Source: Octopus bimaculoides (lineage: Eukaryota). Taken from it: 64,000 nt of DNA. Position 1 is the stretch's first letter; the number at the start of each line of letters is the position of its first letter. A program made the position numbers and the translations under genes. Of the stretch, positions 12,672-24,899 are shown piece after piece. Where the stretch lies: positions 129,561,963-129,625,962 of the forward strand of contig NC_068981.1 in the NCBI RefSeq assembly GCF_001194135.2, in the 5' to 3' direction. A model generated the notes under the pieces. The model made no database searches. It was not told where the DNA came from and saw only the letters and a list, made by a program, of their open reading frames with translations.

Positions 12672-13955
12672 CTTAAAAAAAAGAAGTATACATATATGTA
12701 TTAATGTTTGTATTATGTGTGTGTTTAACTAAACAATTAAGACTGTAACATGTCCAGAGTTGTCACCATACTACCAAAGATCAGATTCACTCCCACTACA
12801 TTCTATTTTTGATTAACCTCTTAACATATTATCCCATATATTTTTGTTCAGAGATGTCTAGTAAATATATATTTGAACAAAAATATATGTTCACAGTACT
12901 CTGAGGTATTTGTCACTTATTTCTAACCCAAAATACTTCGTTCATGATGTTATTCCCATTTTCAATCACTAACTATCAGTAACTATCATTTCTATCAGTA
13001 ACGTCATAATAAATCATAACTGATCCAAAATAATTTGTGTACTTATTCTTCCTTAAATACAGATTCCAAATAAATAATAAAAAAAGATGATATTTTTGGC
13101 ATGGAAATTGAAAAAAAATATTCTTGTTAAGAGGTTAATTTCAAATAATTTAAATACACACATCTCCCCTACCGTTCTTGAATTGAACTGAAAAATTTTA
13201 TAATCATATCAGCCTGAAATGTAAAGTGAGCAAACATTCCTGAGGTAGATGTAAGCTTCAAAAGAACAGTCTCTTTTTTAAGCTGAATCGATATTTACTT
13301 ACATATATGCCCTTTTCTCACAGATAGATATCTAAGACAAACAGACAAAACAAGCTTTTATGCCTGCTCAAAAGAACAAGTCAGAAGTGTTGTGTGATAC
13401 TGTAATACAGTATAAAACTTTCCAAAATTTATGACTTATCTCTTTAGGGAATAAATAACTCATAAATATCATTTGCATGAAAAATAATAGTTAAGTTAAT
13501 GTTAACACATTTAATGATGGAAGCATGAAAAAGTTAACTAAAACCAATTATGTATTGTCAAAACAGTCAATTATCAATGTTAATTTAATTAGGCCTATAA
13601 ATATGGGAGACAATTTCAGGCATAAGTTTCACCATATTTATTGAACTAGTAATAGAAGAATCACTAATAAAAATTGTACATTGGCTGATGAAGGAAATAT
13701 ATTAGTCAATGACTGGTATAATTTTTCTACACTGTTATCTCTCAACTGGTTTCCAATGCTTTTATTATCTTTTTCAATACATTAATTTGCACATACTCTC
13801 ATACACATAATTTTACACATGCACGTGCGTGCGCGGGAACGCACACACACATATACTATTTCATGTATTATAGGGAACAAATCATTACTTCTATTGAAGC
13901 TGCGTAGGAAAACACATGCACACATGTGAGCACACTCATGTCAAGCTTAACTTAC

Positions 13956-14061
13956 TTTTGTTTTCTCATTCTTGATTTCTAAAATCGAATTATTTTTCTT
14001 CTCTACTTGTAGTTCTAGTTGATGAATTGCACTCTGTTTTGAATTCAATTCCGAATGAAGA
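13956..14061 (-). CDS. EEA1: EEA1 exon 12 (LHSELNSKQSAIHQLELQVEKKNNSILEIKNEKTK)
   Basis: atttccag acceptor, GTAAGT donor; 106 nt, phase 2-0; coiled-coil composition. Confidence 0.88.
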
Positions 14062-14136
14062 CTGGAAATATAAAGAAGTTTACAATTATGTTACAATTTA
14101 TTACAAACTGTAACATAATTGTAATATATAACATCA

Positions 14137-14790
14137 TCATCATCATCATTGTCGTTTAACATCCGCTTTCCATGCTAGCATGGGTTGGACGATTTGACTG
14201 AGGACTGGTGAACCGGATGGCTGCACCAGGCTCCAATCTGATCTGGCAGAATTTCTACAGCTGGATGCCCTTCTTAACGCTAACCACTCCGAGAGTGTAG
14301 TGGGTGCTTTTACGTGCAACTGGCATGAGAGCCAGTCAGGCGGTACTGGCAACGACCACACTCAAAATGTTTTTTATGTGCCACCTGCACAGGAGCCAGT
14401 CCAGTGGCACTAGCAACAACCTCACTCGACCTTGCTCAAATGATTTTCTAACATGCCAGTATGGCGACGCTGGTAACGATCACACTCAAATGGTGCTATA
14501 TACAGGCCACTAGCATGGAAGCCAGACAGCTGCTCTGGCAATGATCACACTCAGACAGTGCTGTTAGTGCTCCACTGGCACAGGTGCCAGTCATCAAATA
14601 TGGTTCAATTACGATTTCGATTTCACTTGCCCCAACAGGTCTTGCCCCTTCAGTGTCCAATGAAGGAGAGGTTGGCATGAGTGCCAGTTGTCGAAGTTGG
14701 TTCAATTTCGATTTCAAATTCACTTGCCTCAACAGGTCTTCGCAAGCAGAGTTTAGTGTCCAATGAAGTAAAGATACGAATGAGTGAGCT
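14137..14790 (-). mobile_element. RTE LINE 3' UTR copy
   Basis: Reverse complement of the tail aacccatgctagcatggaaagcggatgttaaacg(GAT)n; internal ~95-bp direct repeat at about 14600-14770. Confidence 0.85.
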
Positions 14791-15249
14791 GGCTACACTT
14801 CTGGCAGAGGCTACAGATTATGCTCTCATAATAATAATGTATATATAATATTTCAAGACAAAACACATAGCAATTCTGTCTTGATTCCAAATCCTAATTT
14901 TTCTAGAATTGGTTGTCATTTCTCCTTTAAGAATGAAAATAATAATAATAATAATAAAAAAAGACAACATAATGAGATTAATTCAGTTGACTACATACAC
15001 CTGTGTCTAAAAAATTGGCTGCTCTGAGCCTCATCAAAAAAAATCAATTATTACATTAAAATGTGAATGGAAAGAATACACAAATGGATCAGGTATTTTA
15101 TAATCACAAATTTCTACAAATTCCAACATTCTATTCTATTTAAATTGTTGAAATAAGTACTTATATTATTCTGAGGTAAAATCAACAAACTATATTTTCC
15201 CTTTTAAGATGATGATGATGATGATTATTATTATTATTATTATTATTGC

Positions 15250-15620
15250 AGTGAGCTGGCAGAATCGTTAGCATGCTAGATGAAATGCTTAGTGGTATTT
15301 GACCTGTCACTTTGTTCTGAGTTCAAATTCTGCCAAGGTTGACTTTGCCTTGCATCCTTTCAGGGTCGATAAATTAAGTACCTGTGAAACACTGGAGTCA
15401 ATGTAATCAACTAGTCTCCTCCCCTGAACTTACTGGCCTTGTGCCAAAATTTGAAACCATTATCATTATTAGTCGACTTTGCCTTTCATCCTTTTGCAGT
15501 CAATAAATTAAGTACCAGTGAGACACTGGGGTCGATGTAATCGGCTAGTCCCCTCCCACCAAATTTCAGGCCTTGTGCCTATAGTAGAAAGGATTATTAT
15601 ATTATTATTATTATTATTAT
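15250..15620 (+). mobile_element. tRNA-derived SINE plus a tandem partial copy, (ATT)n flanked
   Basis: gtgagctggcagaatcgttagc...gagttcaaattc...gactttgcctttcatcc; family also at about 22345-22585(-), 27248-27400(-), 30195-30360(-), 31144-31352(+), 42420-42750(-), 55452-55652(+). Confidence 0.8.
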
Positions 15621-16426
15621 TATAAGTTATCTCTTAAAATAAAAATGAAGAATAACATTGTGTAACACGATTTTTGTTCTTTGGTAGTAACTGTTATTTC
15701 CTATTTGCTTAGCCCTACAAAGTATGAAAAATGGCTAATATTTCCTTCAAACTTTGCTTTTGTAATGATATTTATTCAAATCCAGAGAATCTCTCTCAAC
15801 ACATAGCTGTAATGTTCCCCCACTACTCCTGCTCATGATCAATGATGCACATATTATCAGCTGCTAAGGGACATGCTCCAGTGGTTAAGGACAAGCAACT
15901 GATAAGAAAATTCATGGTATTGAGCAGAATATTTGCTATAATGATATTTCTGCTTCAGTAACTCAACAGTGAATCTGTCTCAAACAAAATGGAAAACAGG
16001 TCAGTTTCAAAACATTGATGTCCAGGTCACTAAAGCAAAGTTTGAAAGGAATAGTAGTCATTTCCTTTAATTTCTAGATAGACAAATAGGAAATTATACA
16101 TACTGACCGAAGACAAGAAGAAAAAATTGTTGCACAGTGCAATGTAAATGAAACTATATTTTGTCAAATGGAAAAATAACGTCATTCTCTCAATTCCAAT
16201 TAAATCTAATAAGTCATTTTGTGATTGCTAGGACTCTCCTTTATTATATTACCTGATTAAGCAACTTTGAGCAACCCTAGATTTATAAGCTCATTTTCAA
16301 TCATAAATTTCAAGAAATTATCTGAACCATTTCTATTTTTTAAAGTTTTTGGTGTAGTTGAAAAGTGACAAAATTAGGAGGAAAATAACAAAATAAAGAG
16401 AAAAAAAAAACAACTTTATGACTTAC

Positions 16427-16495
16427 TCAGAAAGATCTGCTGATTTTGGTAAAGAGTTTAATTGAGCTTCAAGATGTCCTACTTGTTTGAGAGTC
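16427..16495 (-). CDS. EEA1: EEA1 exon 11 (TLKQVGHLEAQLNSLPKSADLS)
   Basis: ccattttag acceptor, GTAAGT donor; 69 nt, phase 2-2. Confidence 0.87.
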
Positions 16496-16827
16496 CTAAA
16501 ATGGTAAAATGTTGTAGTCCTAGAATTCATTCACATATGAAGACAAACAACAACTCATGCTTAAGTCTGCTCCAAGTTCAAAAACAAAGATCTCAAAAGC
16601 ATATTCTAATGGGGATATAACAATTTTGTTTTAATTAACAACATAAGGAAATGATCACTGACTATATTAAGAAACAATTTTATACACATTAATTAAACTC
16701 CTTAAAGTCGTGACAATACTAGTCCTCACAATCAGTGAATGCCTTACTGTGACTAACACCAGAGCCTACAGTTAAACAAGAACAGACTAAACAATAAGAA
16801 AACACATGCATAAACTGTCAGACTACA

Positions 16828-17170
16828 CACCATCATCAATTAGCATCTGTTTCCCATGCTGGCATGGGTTAGACAGTTTGACTGGAACTGGCAAACCGGA
16901 GAGCTGCACCAGGATCCAGTCTGTTTTGTCTTGGTTTCTATGGTTGGATGCTCTTCCTAATGCCAACCACCCCACAGAGAATAGTGGATGTCTTTTATGT
17001 GTCACTGGTATGGGTGCCTCTTACATGTCATCAGTACTGGCCACAACTATGATTTCACTTAGTTTGATGTGTCTTCTCAAGCATAGCAAATCACCAAAGG
17101 TCTTGGTCACTTATCATCGCCTCCATAAGACTCAACATTCTAAGATCATATTTCACCACCTCATCCTACA
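16828..17170 (-). mobile_element. RTE LINE 3' end
   Basis: Reverse complement of the same RTE tail, older and more diverged. Confidence 0.75.
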
Positions 17171-17627
17171 TTTTCCAGAATGCAATGTGATGCTTAACAG
17201 AGGTATGGCATATCCAGAGATTTAACTAGCTACTACTTAGCCATATCCAGAGATTTAACCAGCTACTTAACCATAGGTTTGCTCAGAGTTGACCAGAGTT
17301 GTCCAACAGTAACAACATTAATTAGCTCATTATTAATATAGTCCTCTTTATTAATGCATCCATATCAACTCAGCTTCATCATCAACATATCTCTTCAGTG
17401 ACAACAGCCAGCCAATGCTGATGTTATGTAATTATGAATGTAATGCCTTTGGTTTTAGAAGTCAGCTACTATATTTCATATTTGACCAACTACACGTAAA
17501 TTACAGATACTGTCAAATTAAAAAAAGATAAAAGAAACCATTAATAGTTCATCCTTATCCTCTTCCTCTTCATTTTTACATTTGCTTTCCATACTGACAT
17601 AGGTTAGATGGGTCATCCTGGCTTTAA

Positions 17628-17813
17628 CCCTTTAGTTACCATATTTCTGCAGAGATGCTCGGTGTTACTTTCAATTAATTTTAAATCAAGCTAGTGTTAG
17701 GAACATAAATTGTGACTAAGGTTTGGTGGAAGATTTTAATTCAGAACTTTTGAAAACAAGACATTTGTACCACAGAGCCAGAGGTGGTTTCAGCTAGGTT
17801 AGTATCAAAAGGG
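17628..17813. mobile_element. piggyBac-type MITE, family A
   Basis: TTAA|CCCTT...AAGGG|TTAA; related copies at 18806-19313, about 30895-31120 and 51988-52209. Confidence 0.8.
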
Positions 17814-18221
17814 TTAAGTCAGATCTTATTTCAAGTTACTGCCACTCATACTTCTTATTTTGGTATTGTTTATATAATTTAATATTCCTTCCTGATACTA
17901 ACTACTTTATGGAATGTATTGGATGCATTTTATTGAGGCAACCAGAAAGGTTATCATGTCCTTGATAAGACTAAAAGGTCCTGTCACCCCAATGTTTCCT
18001 TTGCTCATTCAGCAACCACATACTAGGAGGGTAAAAATATACAAAATAATATATAATTAACAAAATACATTTTCAAGTCATGATTGTTGTGAAGGGAAAT
18101 CTGTTTGATGTTAGTATTGTTTTACAATTGGATATCATTCATAGAATACCAGTGGAGTTTACTTTGTATGTTAGGTACACAGACAAACAAATTAGGTGAA
18201 ATGAAACAAAAATCTACTTAC

Positions 18222-18362
18222 TCTTCATGCTTTATACGAAGATCATTGTAAAGTTTTTCAAGATCTTCTTTCTCTTTTTCTCGTTCTAAATTTACTTTGT
18301 TCATCAAAGTCTGAACGGAAATTAGTTCTTGTTTTAGGACAGTTGCATCATCTTCTTCGGGT
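18222..18362 (-). CDS. EEA1: EEA1 exon 10 (RPEEDDATVLKQELISVQTLMNKVNLEREKEKEDLEKLYNDLRIKHE)
   Basis: Strong match to human RPGIEDVAVLKKELVQVQTLMDNMTLERERE; phase 2-2; GTAAGT donor. Confidence 0.96.
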
Positions 18363-18805
18363 CTAAATACATAATAAAACAACAATTTTTTTTTGTTTCC
18401 ACTTCATGTGTAGAAAAGATATATGGTAATGCAGAAATACAGAATGCATCTTAACATGAACACGTTTTTTTCTGTAGAAAAATACTGAATAAAATATATT
18501 TTCTACTTGCTGCTAGCCACTGAATGTGACCAGCCTAAGAAATAAAAAAGAATAGTGTAAATGGTAAAAAAGACTACTATTTCAAAGTTATGAAATGTTA
18601 GTTCAAAGTAAAGTACATAATCTGAAAAGAGGGTCTAATATTTATGAATGACTCATAAGCATATCTGATAAAATCAGAAGTGTGTGTGTTTCTGAATGCA
18701 TATACACATATATCATCATTACTTTTACATATTTTTTTATATGATGGCATGGATTGAACAAGACACCTTAAAGCAGCATTAAATGATTCAACCAATCTCC
18801 CCTAA

Positions 18806-19313
18806 CCCTTCTGTTACTATATTTCTGTTGAAATAAGAACTTGGTAAACTAACTTAGTCTGTATTAAGTTGGTATTTCAAACATAAATTTGTGTGAAACT
18901 TTGATGGAAGGTTTTAATTTAGATTACTTTAAAATAGGCAATCTATATCATAGAACATACATACAGGCTTGTCTTTTACATCCATACAAACAGGCTTGTC
19001 CTTTACATCCATACAAACAGGCTTGTCCTCTACAGGTGCTGGTGCCACATAAAATGCCCTTGTGCCAGTACTGCATAAATGTACCTGTGCCAGTGGCACA
19101 TAAAAAGCACCCAGCACACTCTGTAAAATGGTTGGCATTAGGAAGGGAATCCAGCCATAGAAACCATGCTACAACAGACATTTGGAGTCTGGACAACTCT
19201 CTGGCTGGCCAGACTCTTGTCAAACCAGCCAACCCATGCCATCATGGGAAACAGATGTTAAATGATAATGATGAGAACCAAAAGCAGTTTCAGGCAGGTT
19301 GGTATCAAAAGGG
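18806..19313. mobile_element. piggyBac-type MITE (family A) interrupted by an RTE 3' end (18957-19273, +)
   Basis: MITE halves align to 17628-17813; the insert ends in the RTE tail and is flanked by AGAAC repeats (18952-18956, 19274-19278). Confidence 0.75.
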
Positions 19314-19528
19314 TTAACAGCAACAATGCTGGTCTATCTCTTATCAGGTAACCCATGGAAAGATTTAAATCCAGCAATGCAAACTAATATAAAAAACATG
19401 ACAGCTATCATGTTTGCATGACTTACAGAAGTGAGTTACAACTCACCAGGGAATCTACTGGAAAACAAAATGGGTGAATTTAAATAGTAAAGTGACTTTG
19501 TTGGAGGCATAAATAATTTTTTTTTTAC

Positions 19529-19587
19529 CTTAGAGAGAGTTGATTCTCTAATTTCTCAACTTGTTGAGTTTTATCTTCAAGTTGTTG
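19529..19587 (-). CDS. EEA1: EEA1 exon 9 (QQLEDKTQQVEKLENQLSL)
   Basis: tttcttcag acceptor, AAG|GTAAAA donor; 59 nt, phase 0-2. Confidence 0.88.
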
Positions 19588-20272
19588 CTGAAGAAATTAA
19601 ATTAAAAATATTTAAACTTCAATAATAATTTTTAAAAAATTGATTTTCACTAATTATTTTTTTAATTATAAATTGGGGTGGATTTGAAAATTTGGACATT
19701 TGCATACAGATTGTTGCATGGGATATCATCAATGCTATAATAGACTTAAAAGGAAGATGAAGCAAATGTTTGCTGAAACAGCACATTTTATTAAATTCTT
19801 TATTACTTCACATTCTATCTTAAATATGTTTCCAACATGTTACCTGGAGTTAAAGTTTTCAATTTCTGGCATATTTATGAGTTGAAATCTTACCACAATC
19901 TTTATAGTTAGCATATTCTGCTTCCTTTAGTCTACCTAACTGAGAACAGAGTCCACTCTTACATTGCTGGTAACATTTCAAATGTAACACCATTTGACCC
20001 AACAATGTGTGTGTATGTGTGTATCTAAGTCATCTTTCCCTTTTTAAGCAAGTTGGTGTAATTTGAAGATCTGTTTTATTTCCATTAGGTCAAGTGGCCA
20101 CTTAGTAGCCCCCACTCACTTGCTCACATTCATATATGAAAATCTGATGAACACATGATAGGACCAAATGAGAAAAATTGGTGCACAAGATCAAATCATA
20201 AAGAAAGTATATTTAAAACAATTGAAAAGAAAAAAAATTAATCCCAATAAAGGAATAAAATAATTGCTTCAC

Positions 20273-20359
20273 CTTTAATGTAGCAATGTGATCTTCAAGA
20301 GCTGCTTTCTGTCCAAAAACCTCATCTGCTAAAGCTTTGGCTGTTACAATATCACCTGC
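20273..20359 (-). CDS. EEA1: EEA1 exon 8 (AGDIVTAKALADEVFGQKAALEDHIATLK)
   Basis: ttctttaacag acceptor, AAG|GTGAAG donor; 87 nt, phase 0-0; aligns with human ATEIADIKSKYDEE. Confidence 0.85.
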
Positions 20360-21148
20360 CTGTTAAAGAAATAATAAAGTATTTATAAAAATAATAATGG
20401 TGTTAGAAATATTAGTAAAATTAACTGTACTTCCACCAATGACAATTTTGTACCTTTAGCTACCAGATTCCAAGAGTCAGTACATGATGGAACCAGTTCA
20501 TGACAATCAACAGAATTCTGGAAATGGCATTATTTTTGACTTGTTTAAATTATTAATTCTGCCTGACAGTGGTGTTGCATACAGGAATATACTTGCAGTG
20601 AGGTGTACTTCAGCTTCTAAAGTCTTGAACAACAAGCAATAAGAATCCTTGCTAAAAATGATAAAGTGCCCACAATATCTTACAATCTTTCTTGGATATT
20701 CTATATACACCACATAGCAAAACTTGCATCTCAATATCTAACCTTCCTTTTCAGGGCCAGGAAATACTTCAGCTATTTCATTTCCGTACTCTTGAGAATG
20801 CATGGATGTCTCAAAATCTCATTTATAATCCTCTTTAAGATTTTGTATATGCAATGGGATTCCTTTTGACACTTTGAAAAAAAAAAAGTGATCAGTATAT
20901 ACTAACAAATGTTCTAAAAATCATACTTTTAAAGGTTGGTTGCCATCGTTATACCAAACTTTAATCCCAGCAAATGATCAAATAAAATAAAACTCCACGT
21001 AAAATAAGTTGGTATGTATAATAATAGCTTATGAGATTGATGCAGTTGATGTTTAGCTCAAACATTTGAAGATCAATATTTGAGGGATAAAATCCCAGAA
21101 GAATATCATGATGTGGAGGGAAAACTATGTGAAGATTTAAGTGTAGTG

Positions 21149-21194
<46 letters not shown>

Positions 21195-21198
<4 letters not shown>

Positions 21199-21818
21199 CT
21201 GGGCGGAGATGGTATACAAAGGCTGGATGAAGACAGCTGTGTCACACCCTAGCAGTAGAGGGAACCTGTGGAAGAGGTAGACCCAAGAAGACCTAGGATG
21301 AGGTGGTGAAGCATGACCTTCAAACGCTGGGCCTCACTGAGGCAATGACAAGTGACTGAGACTTTTGGAGTTATGCTGTGCTTGAGAAGATTTGGCAAGC
21401 CAAGTGAGACTGTAACCATGGCCTATGCCAGAGCAGCATAACCAGCCCATTTAAGAGTACCCTTCAATCATTGGGCAATAAACTCCACTTGCGAAGACTT
21501 GTTGAGGCAAGTGAAGTTGTCGGGGCCGATGACAGTACCACCTGATTGGCACCCATGCCAGTGGTACATATAAAGCATCATTCAAGCATGGTCGATGCCA
21601 GTGCCGCTTTCACTGGCCCTCATGCTAGTGGCACGTAAAAAGCACCCACTACACTCTCAGAGTGGTTGGTGTTAGGAAGGGCAACCAGCTGTATAAACTT
21701 TACCAGATCGGATTGGAGCTTGGTGCAGCCTTCTGGTTTACCAGCCCTCAGTCAAACTGTCCAACCCATACCAGCATGAAAAGCAGACATTAAACGATGA
21801 CGACAACGATGATGATGA
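21195..21818 (+). mobile_element. RTE LINE 3' end (ORF C-terminus plus 3' UTR)
   Basis: GRGRPKKT-type C-terminal coding remnant followed by the RTE tail and (GAT)n; preceded by (GA)n at 21153-21196. Confidence 0.82.
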
Positions 21819-21820
21819 TA

Positions 21821-22050
21821 CAGGGTTGGCCAAAAGTCACCTGACAGTAAATCAAAACAATTTAATTCCAAGATTTATTTATGTTTAACAACTGAATGAA
21901 TTTAATAAAAGCATCTAAATATGAAACATGAAAATTGTTCAAACTGAAATCCTTTCTGAGCGATACATTTTTCTATTTGAGTCAGTACAGAATTGCAGAT
22001 AATGTTTATGGAATTTGGTTTTACTGTCAGGTGACTTTTGGCCAACCCTG
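21821..22050. mobile_element. Tc1/mariner-type MITE
   Basis: Perfect 31-bp TIRs CAGGGTTGGCCAAAAGTCACCTGACAGTAAA; TA at the left flank. Confidence 0.88.
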
Positions 22051-22624
22051 TGTAAGTTAATATTTTTTGCTGTCAATATATTTTTGCATATTATTTCATA
22101 GTAATCAGACTGGAGCCTGGTGTTGCCATCCGGTTTCACCAGTCCTCAGTCAAATCGTCCAACCCATGCTAGCATGGAAAGCGGACGTTAAACGATGATG
22201 ATGATGATGATGAAACCTTTTGTAAACAGTTTATTTTATTAATGCCTACTGCCTACTATGAGTACTTAGTCAAAGTATGTGCATGGATGATACAACTGGA
22301 CATCAACATTGGCTGTCACATTTATACTGCATCTCAGTAGTACCAATAAGTCATTATTATATATTGGTTTCAAATTTTGGCACAAGGCCAGCAATTTTGG
22401 GGGTGGGGGTAAGTTGATTACATTGATTCCAGTTCTCACTGGTATTCATTTTATCAACCCCTAAAGGATGAAAGGCAAAATTGACCTGGGTGGAATTTAA
22501 ACTCAGAATATAAAGATAGATAGAATGCCACTATGCATTCTGTCTGGTATGCTAACGAATCTGCTAGCTTTCCGCCTTAAGCCATTATTATATATTAAAA
22601 TTCAAATTGGTAATAATAACTTAC

Positions 22625-22731
22625 CAACTTTGCTGCCTTTTGTTCAATACCTGCTTTTACTTGGTTAACTTCTTCAAGTTGTTTTTTGGTTTCAGTTAAG
22701 TCTGTGGCCATAGCTCGCAATTCTTTAGCAC
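22625..22731 (-). CDS. EEA1: EEA1 exon 7 (SAKELRAMATDLTETKKQLEEVNQVKAGIEQKAAKL)
   Basis: Matches human QMKDLFEQKAAQL; gtcaacag acceptor, GTAAGT donor; phase 1-0. Confidence 0.93.
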
Positions 22732-22904
22732 CTGTTGACAGAACATGAAAAATATTAAGAGCAATAGAAAAAAAATCAAACATGAAACTGTAAGTCCCTG
22801 CTGAAATGCTGAACAAATGTTTTTGCAGAAATTGAATAATTTCCCACTAGACATATGTTAAAAGCTAAACTGGAATTCATGAATAGAGAAATAAATTTTC
22901 CTTT

Positions 22905-23250
22905 GACAGCACCTGTGCCCAGCGTCGCCTTCCTGGCACTTGTGCCAGTGGCATGTGTAAAGACATTCGAGTGAGATCGTTGCCAGTGCCACTGGACTGG
23001 CTCCTGTGCAGGTGGCATGTAAAATATACCATTTTGAGCGTGGCTGTTGTCAGTACCGCCTGACTGGCCTTCGTGCCGGTGGCGCGTAAAAGCACCCACT
23101 ACACTCTCAGAGTGGTTGGCGTTAGGAAGGGCATCCAGCTGTAGAAATCAGATTGGTGCCTGGTGTAGCCATCTGGTTCACCAGTCCTCAGTCAAATTGT
23201 CCAACCCATGCTAGCATGGAAAGCAGATGTTAAACGAAGATGATGATAAT
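22905..23250 (+). mobile_element. RTE LINE 3' UTR copy (a further tail-only copy at about 22104-22212)
   Basis: Closely matches the reverse complement of 14150-14480. Confidence 0.85.
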
Positions 23251-23278
23251 GTTAAATTGTCAATTTCTAAATACTTAC

Positions 23279-23342
23279 TGACATTTTGATTTTCTTCAAA
23301 AGACTTCATCTGAACTCGGTAAAATTCAAATTCTTCTCGTTC
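23279..23342 (-). CDS. EEA1: EEA1 exon 6 (EREEFEFYRVQMKSFEENQNV)
   Basis: ccaacag acceptor, GTAAGT donor; 64 nt, phase 0-1, consistent with both neighbours. Confidence 0.88.
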
Positions 23343-23887
23343 CTGTTGGACAACAAAAACACAGCTAATAACATTTTAGTTTAACTATACATTTCTCTTT
23401 GTGACATATTCCTTATACAAGCACATGTGCATAAATTTAGAACGGTATTGAAATTGAAAGTATGTCTTTCATGTAAATTTGAAGATTATTTCTGACATAA
23501 ATAAAGTGAAATGGATATAGATGAGGATGGAAATAAAGTTGTGCAATTAATCCTATTCTGTTAAAACAACCCACATGCACTCACAATACTTTAGAATGAT
23601 ACAACAACTTAGATTGCCATTTATAACAAAACTAAACAGTCATGGAACAGATAAACAAACTAAAATAGAAGTCAAGCTTTGAAAATGAACCTCTTATATT
23701 TGCTGTTGTCTAATATGTTACCAGTTCAAAACTGTGACCAGTTAAAAAAAATTCATGAAACTTATGACCATCTCTGCAATACAAATACATTCTTAGAGAG
23801 ACACACATGTACCACTATATTTCCTTCTCCTTATGTACAGGTAGTGTTACAAGTCAACAAGGCTGTTCACCATGACTATGTCCTTTT

Positions 23888-24325
23888 ATTTACACAATGT
23901 ATCTTTATCATGAGGCATTGAGAAGGACCAAGAGAGTAATGGTGAGAGAAATGTGCGGAATGAAGCTGTTTGATAAGAGGAAGACTGAGGACTTGATGGG
24001 GATGCTGGGGTTGGAGGAATCAGTGGAATGGCTGGCAAGGGCGAATGGAGTGTGGTGGTATGGGCATGGATTGAGGAGGGATGAGGAGCATGTTCTGAGG
24101 AGGGTGTTTGAGTTTGAGGTAAATGGACTGAGAAAGCAAGGCCGACCAAGGAAAACGTGGAAAGGACAGGTGGAAGAAGAGATTGAGAGGGTTGGCTTGA
24201 GAAGGGAGGATGCCCGCAAGATGGTGAGACGGTGTGAGGGTGGCTGCTAAGGCCTTGAGGTAGATCCGGCCACCCTTGTTAACTGGGCCAAAACCTAGAT
24301 TTAAAACACTGGATGATGATGATGA
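23888..24325 (+). mobile_element. Second RTE-type LINE family, 3' end
   Basis: ORF 23897-24250 (WYGHGLRRDEEHVLRRVFEFEVNGLRKQGRPRKTW), typical RTE C-terminus; (GAT)n tail. Confidence 0.85.
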
Positions 24326-24778
24326 TCTTAGAGCTAGCCTCTATCCTAGCCAAACTCTTCAATCCCTTCTCCTCCTCTCTCTCTCCAAGGACATAGCTCA
24401 ATCCTTGGAAACCTGCTGCCAGACATCCCAATCTTGAGAACAACCCTTCTGATCCTATCATACTTCTTCCAACATCTCAAAAGTGATGGGGTCAGCACAA
24501 ATAACAATTGTTTCCAACACCTGGAATCTCTTTCCCTTCTTAATAACCATTATCAGTACAGAATTTGTAAAACCAAATCTATTGGATATCTACTCATCTG
24601 AGTTACTCACCAGTGATCACTTACACAAGAGAAGTTTGGTGAAAACAACACAAGTACATACACAACAGAACATACAAATGTAACATAACATACAAAACCC
24701 AAGCACACATACACAAAAACTTAGAAATATGTTTAGAAGTGAACATTGCTCTGTTACAAACAATGCAATGGCATTTAC

Positions 24779-24899
24779 CTTCTTTGTGAAAGGCATTGCA
24801 CCATCAGTTCCCTCCTGGTATTTCTCAAGTTCTTTCTTTAACTCAGTGACATACCATTGCTCATCTTTTAGCTGTTTCTTTAGTTCTTCCATCTGTGAC
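24779..24899 (-). CDS. EEA1: EEA1 exon 5 (SQMEELKKQLKDEQWYVTELKKELEKYQEGTDGAMPFTKK)
   Basis: Matches human LKEEKWYSEELKKELEKYQG; ctctccctcag acceptor, AAG|GTAAAT donor; phase 2-0. Confidence 0.95.

Noticed and set aside
24892-24899. Alternative acceptor cacag|ATG joining exon 3 directly to exon 5
   Set aside because: Not needed once exon 4 was found; the upstream AG follows the pyrimidine tract and fits exon 4's phase
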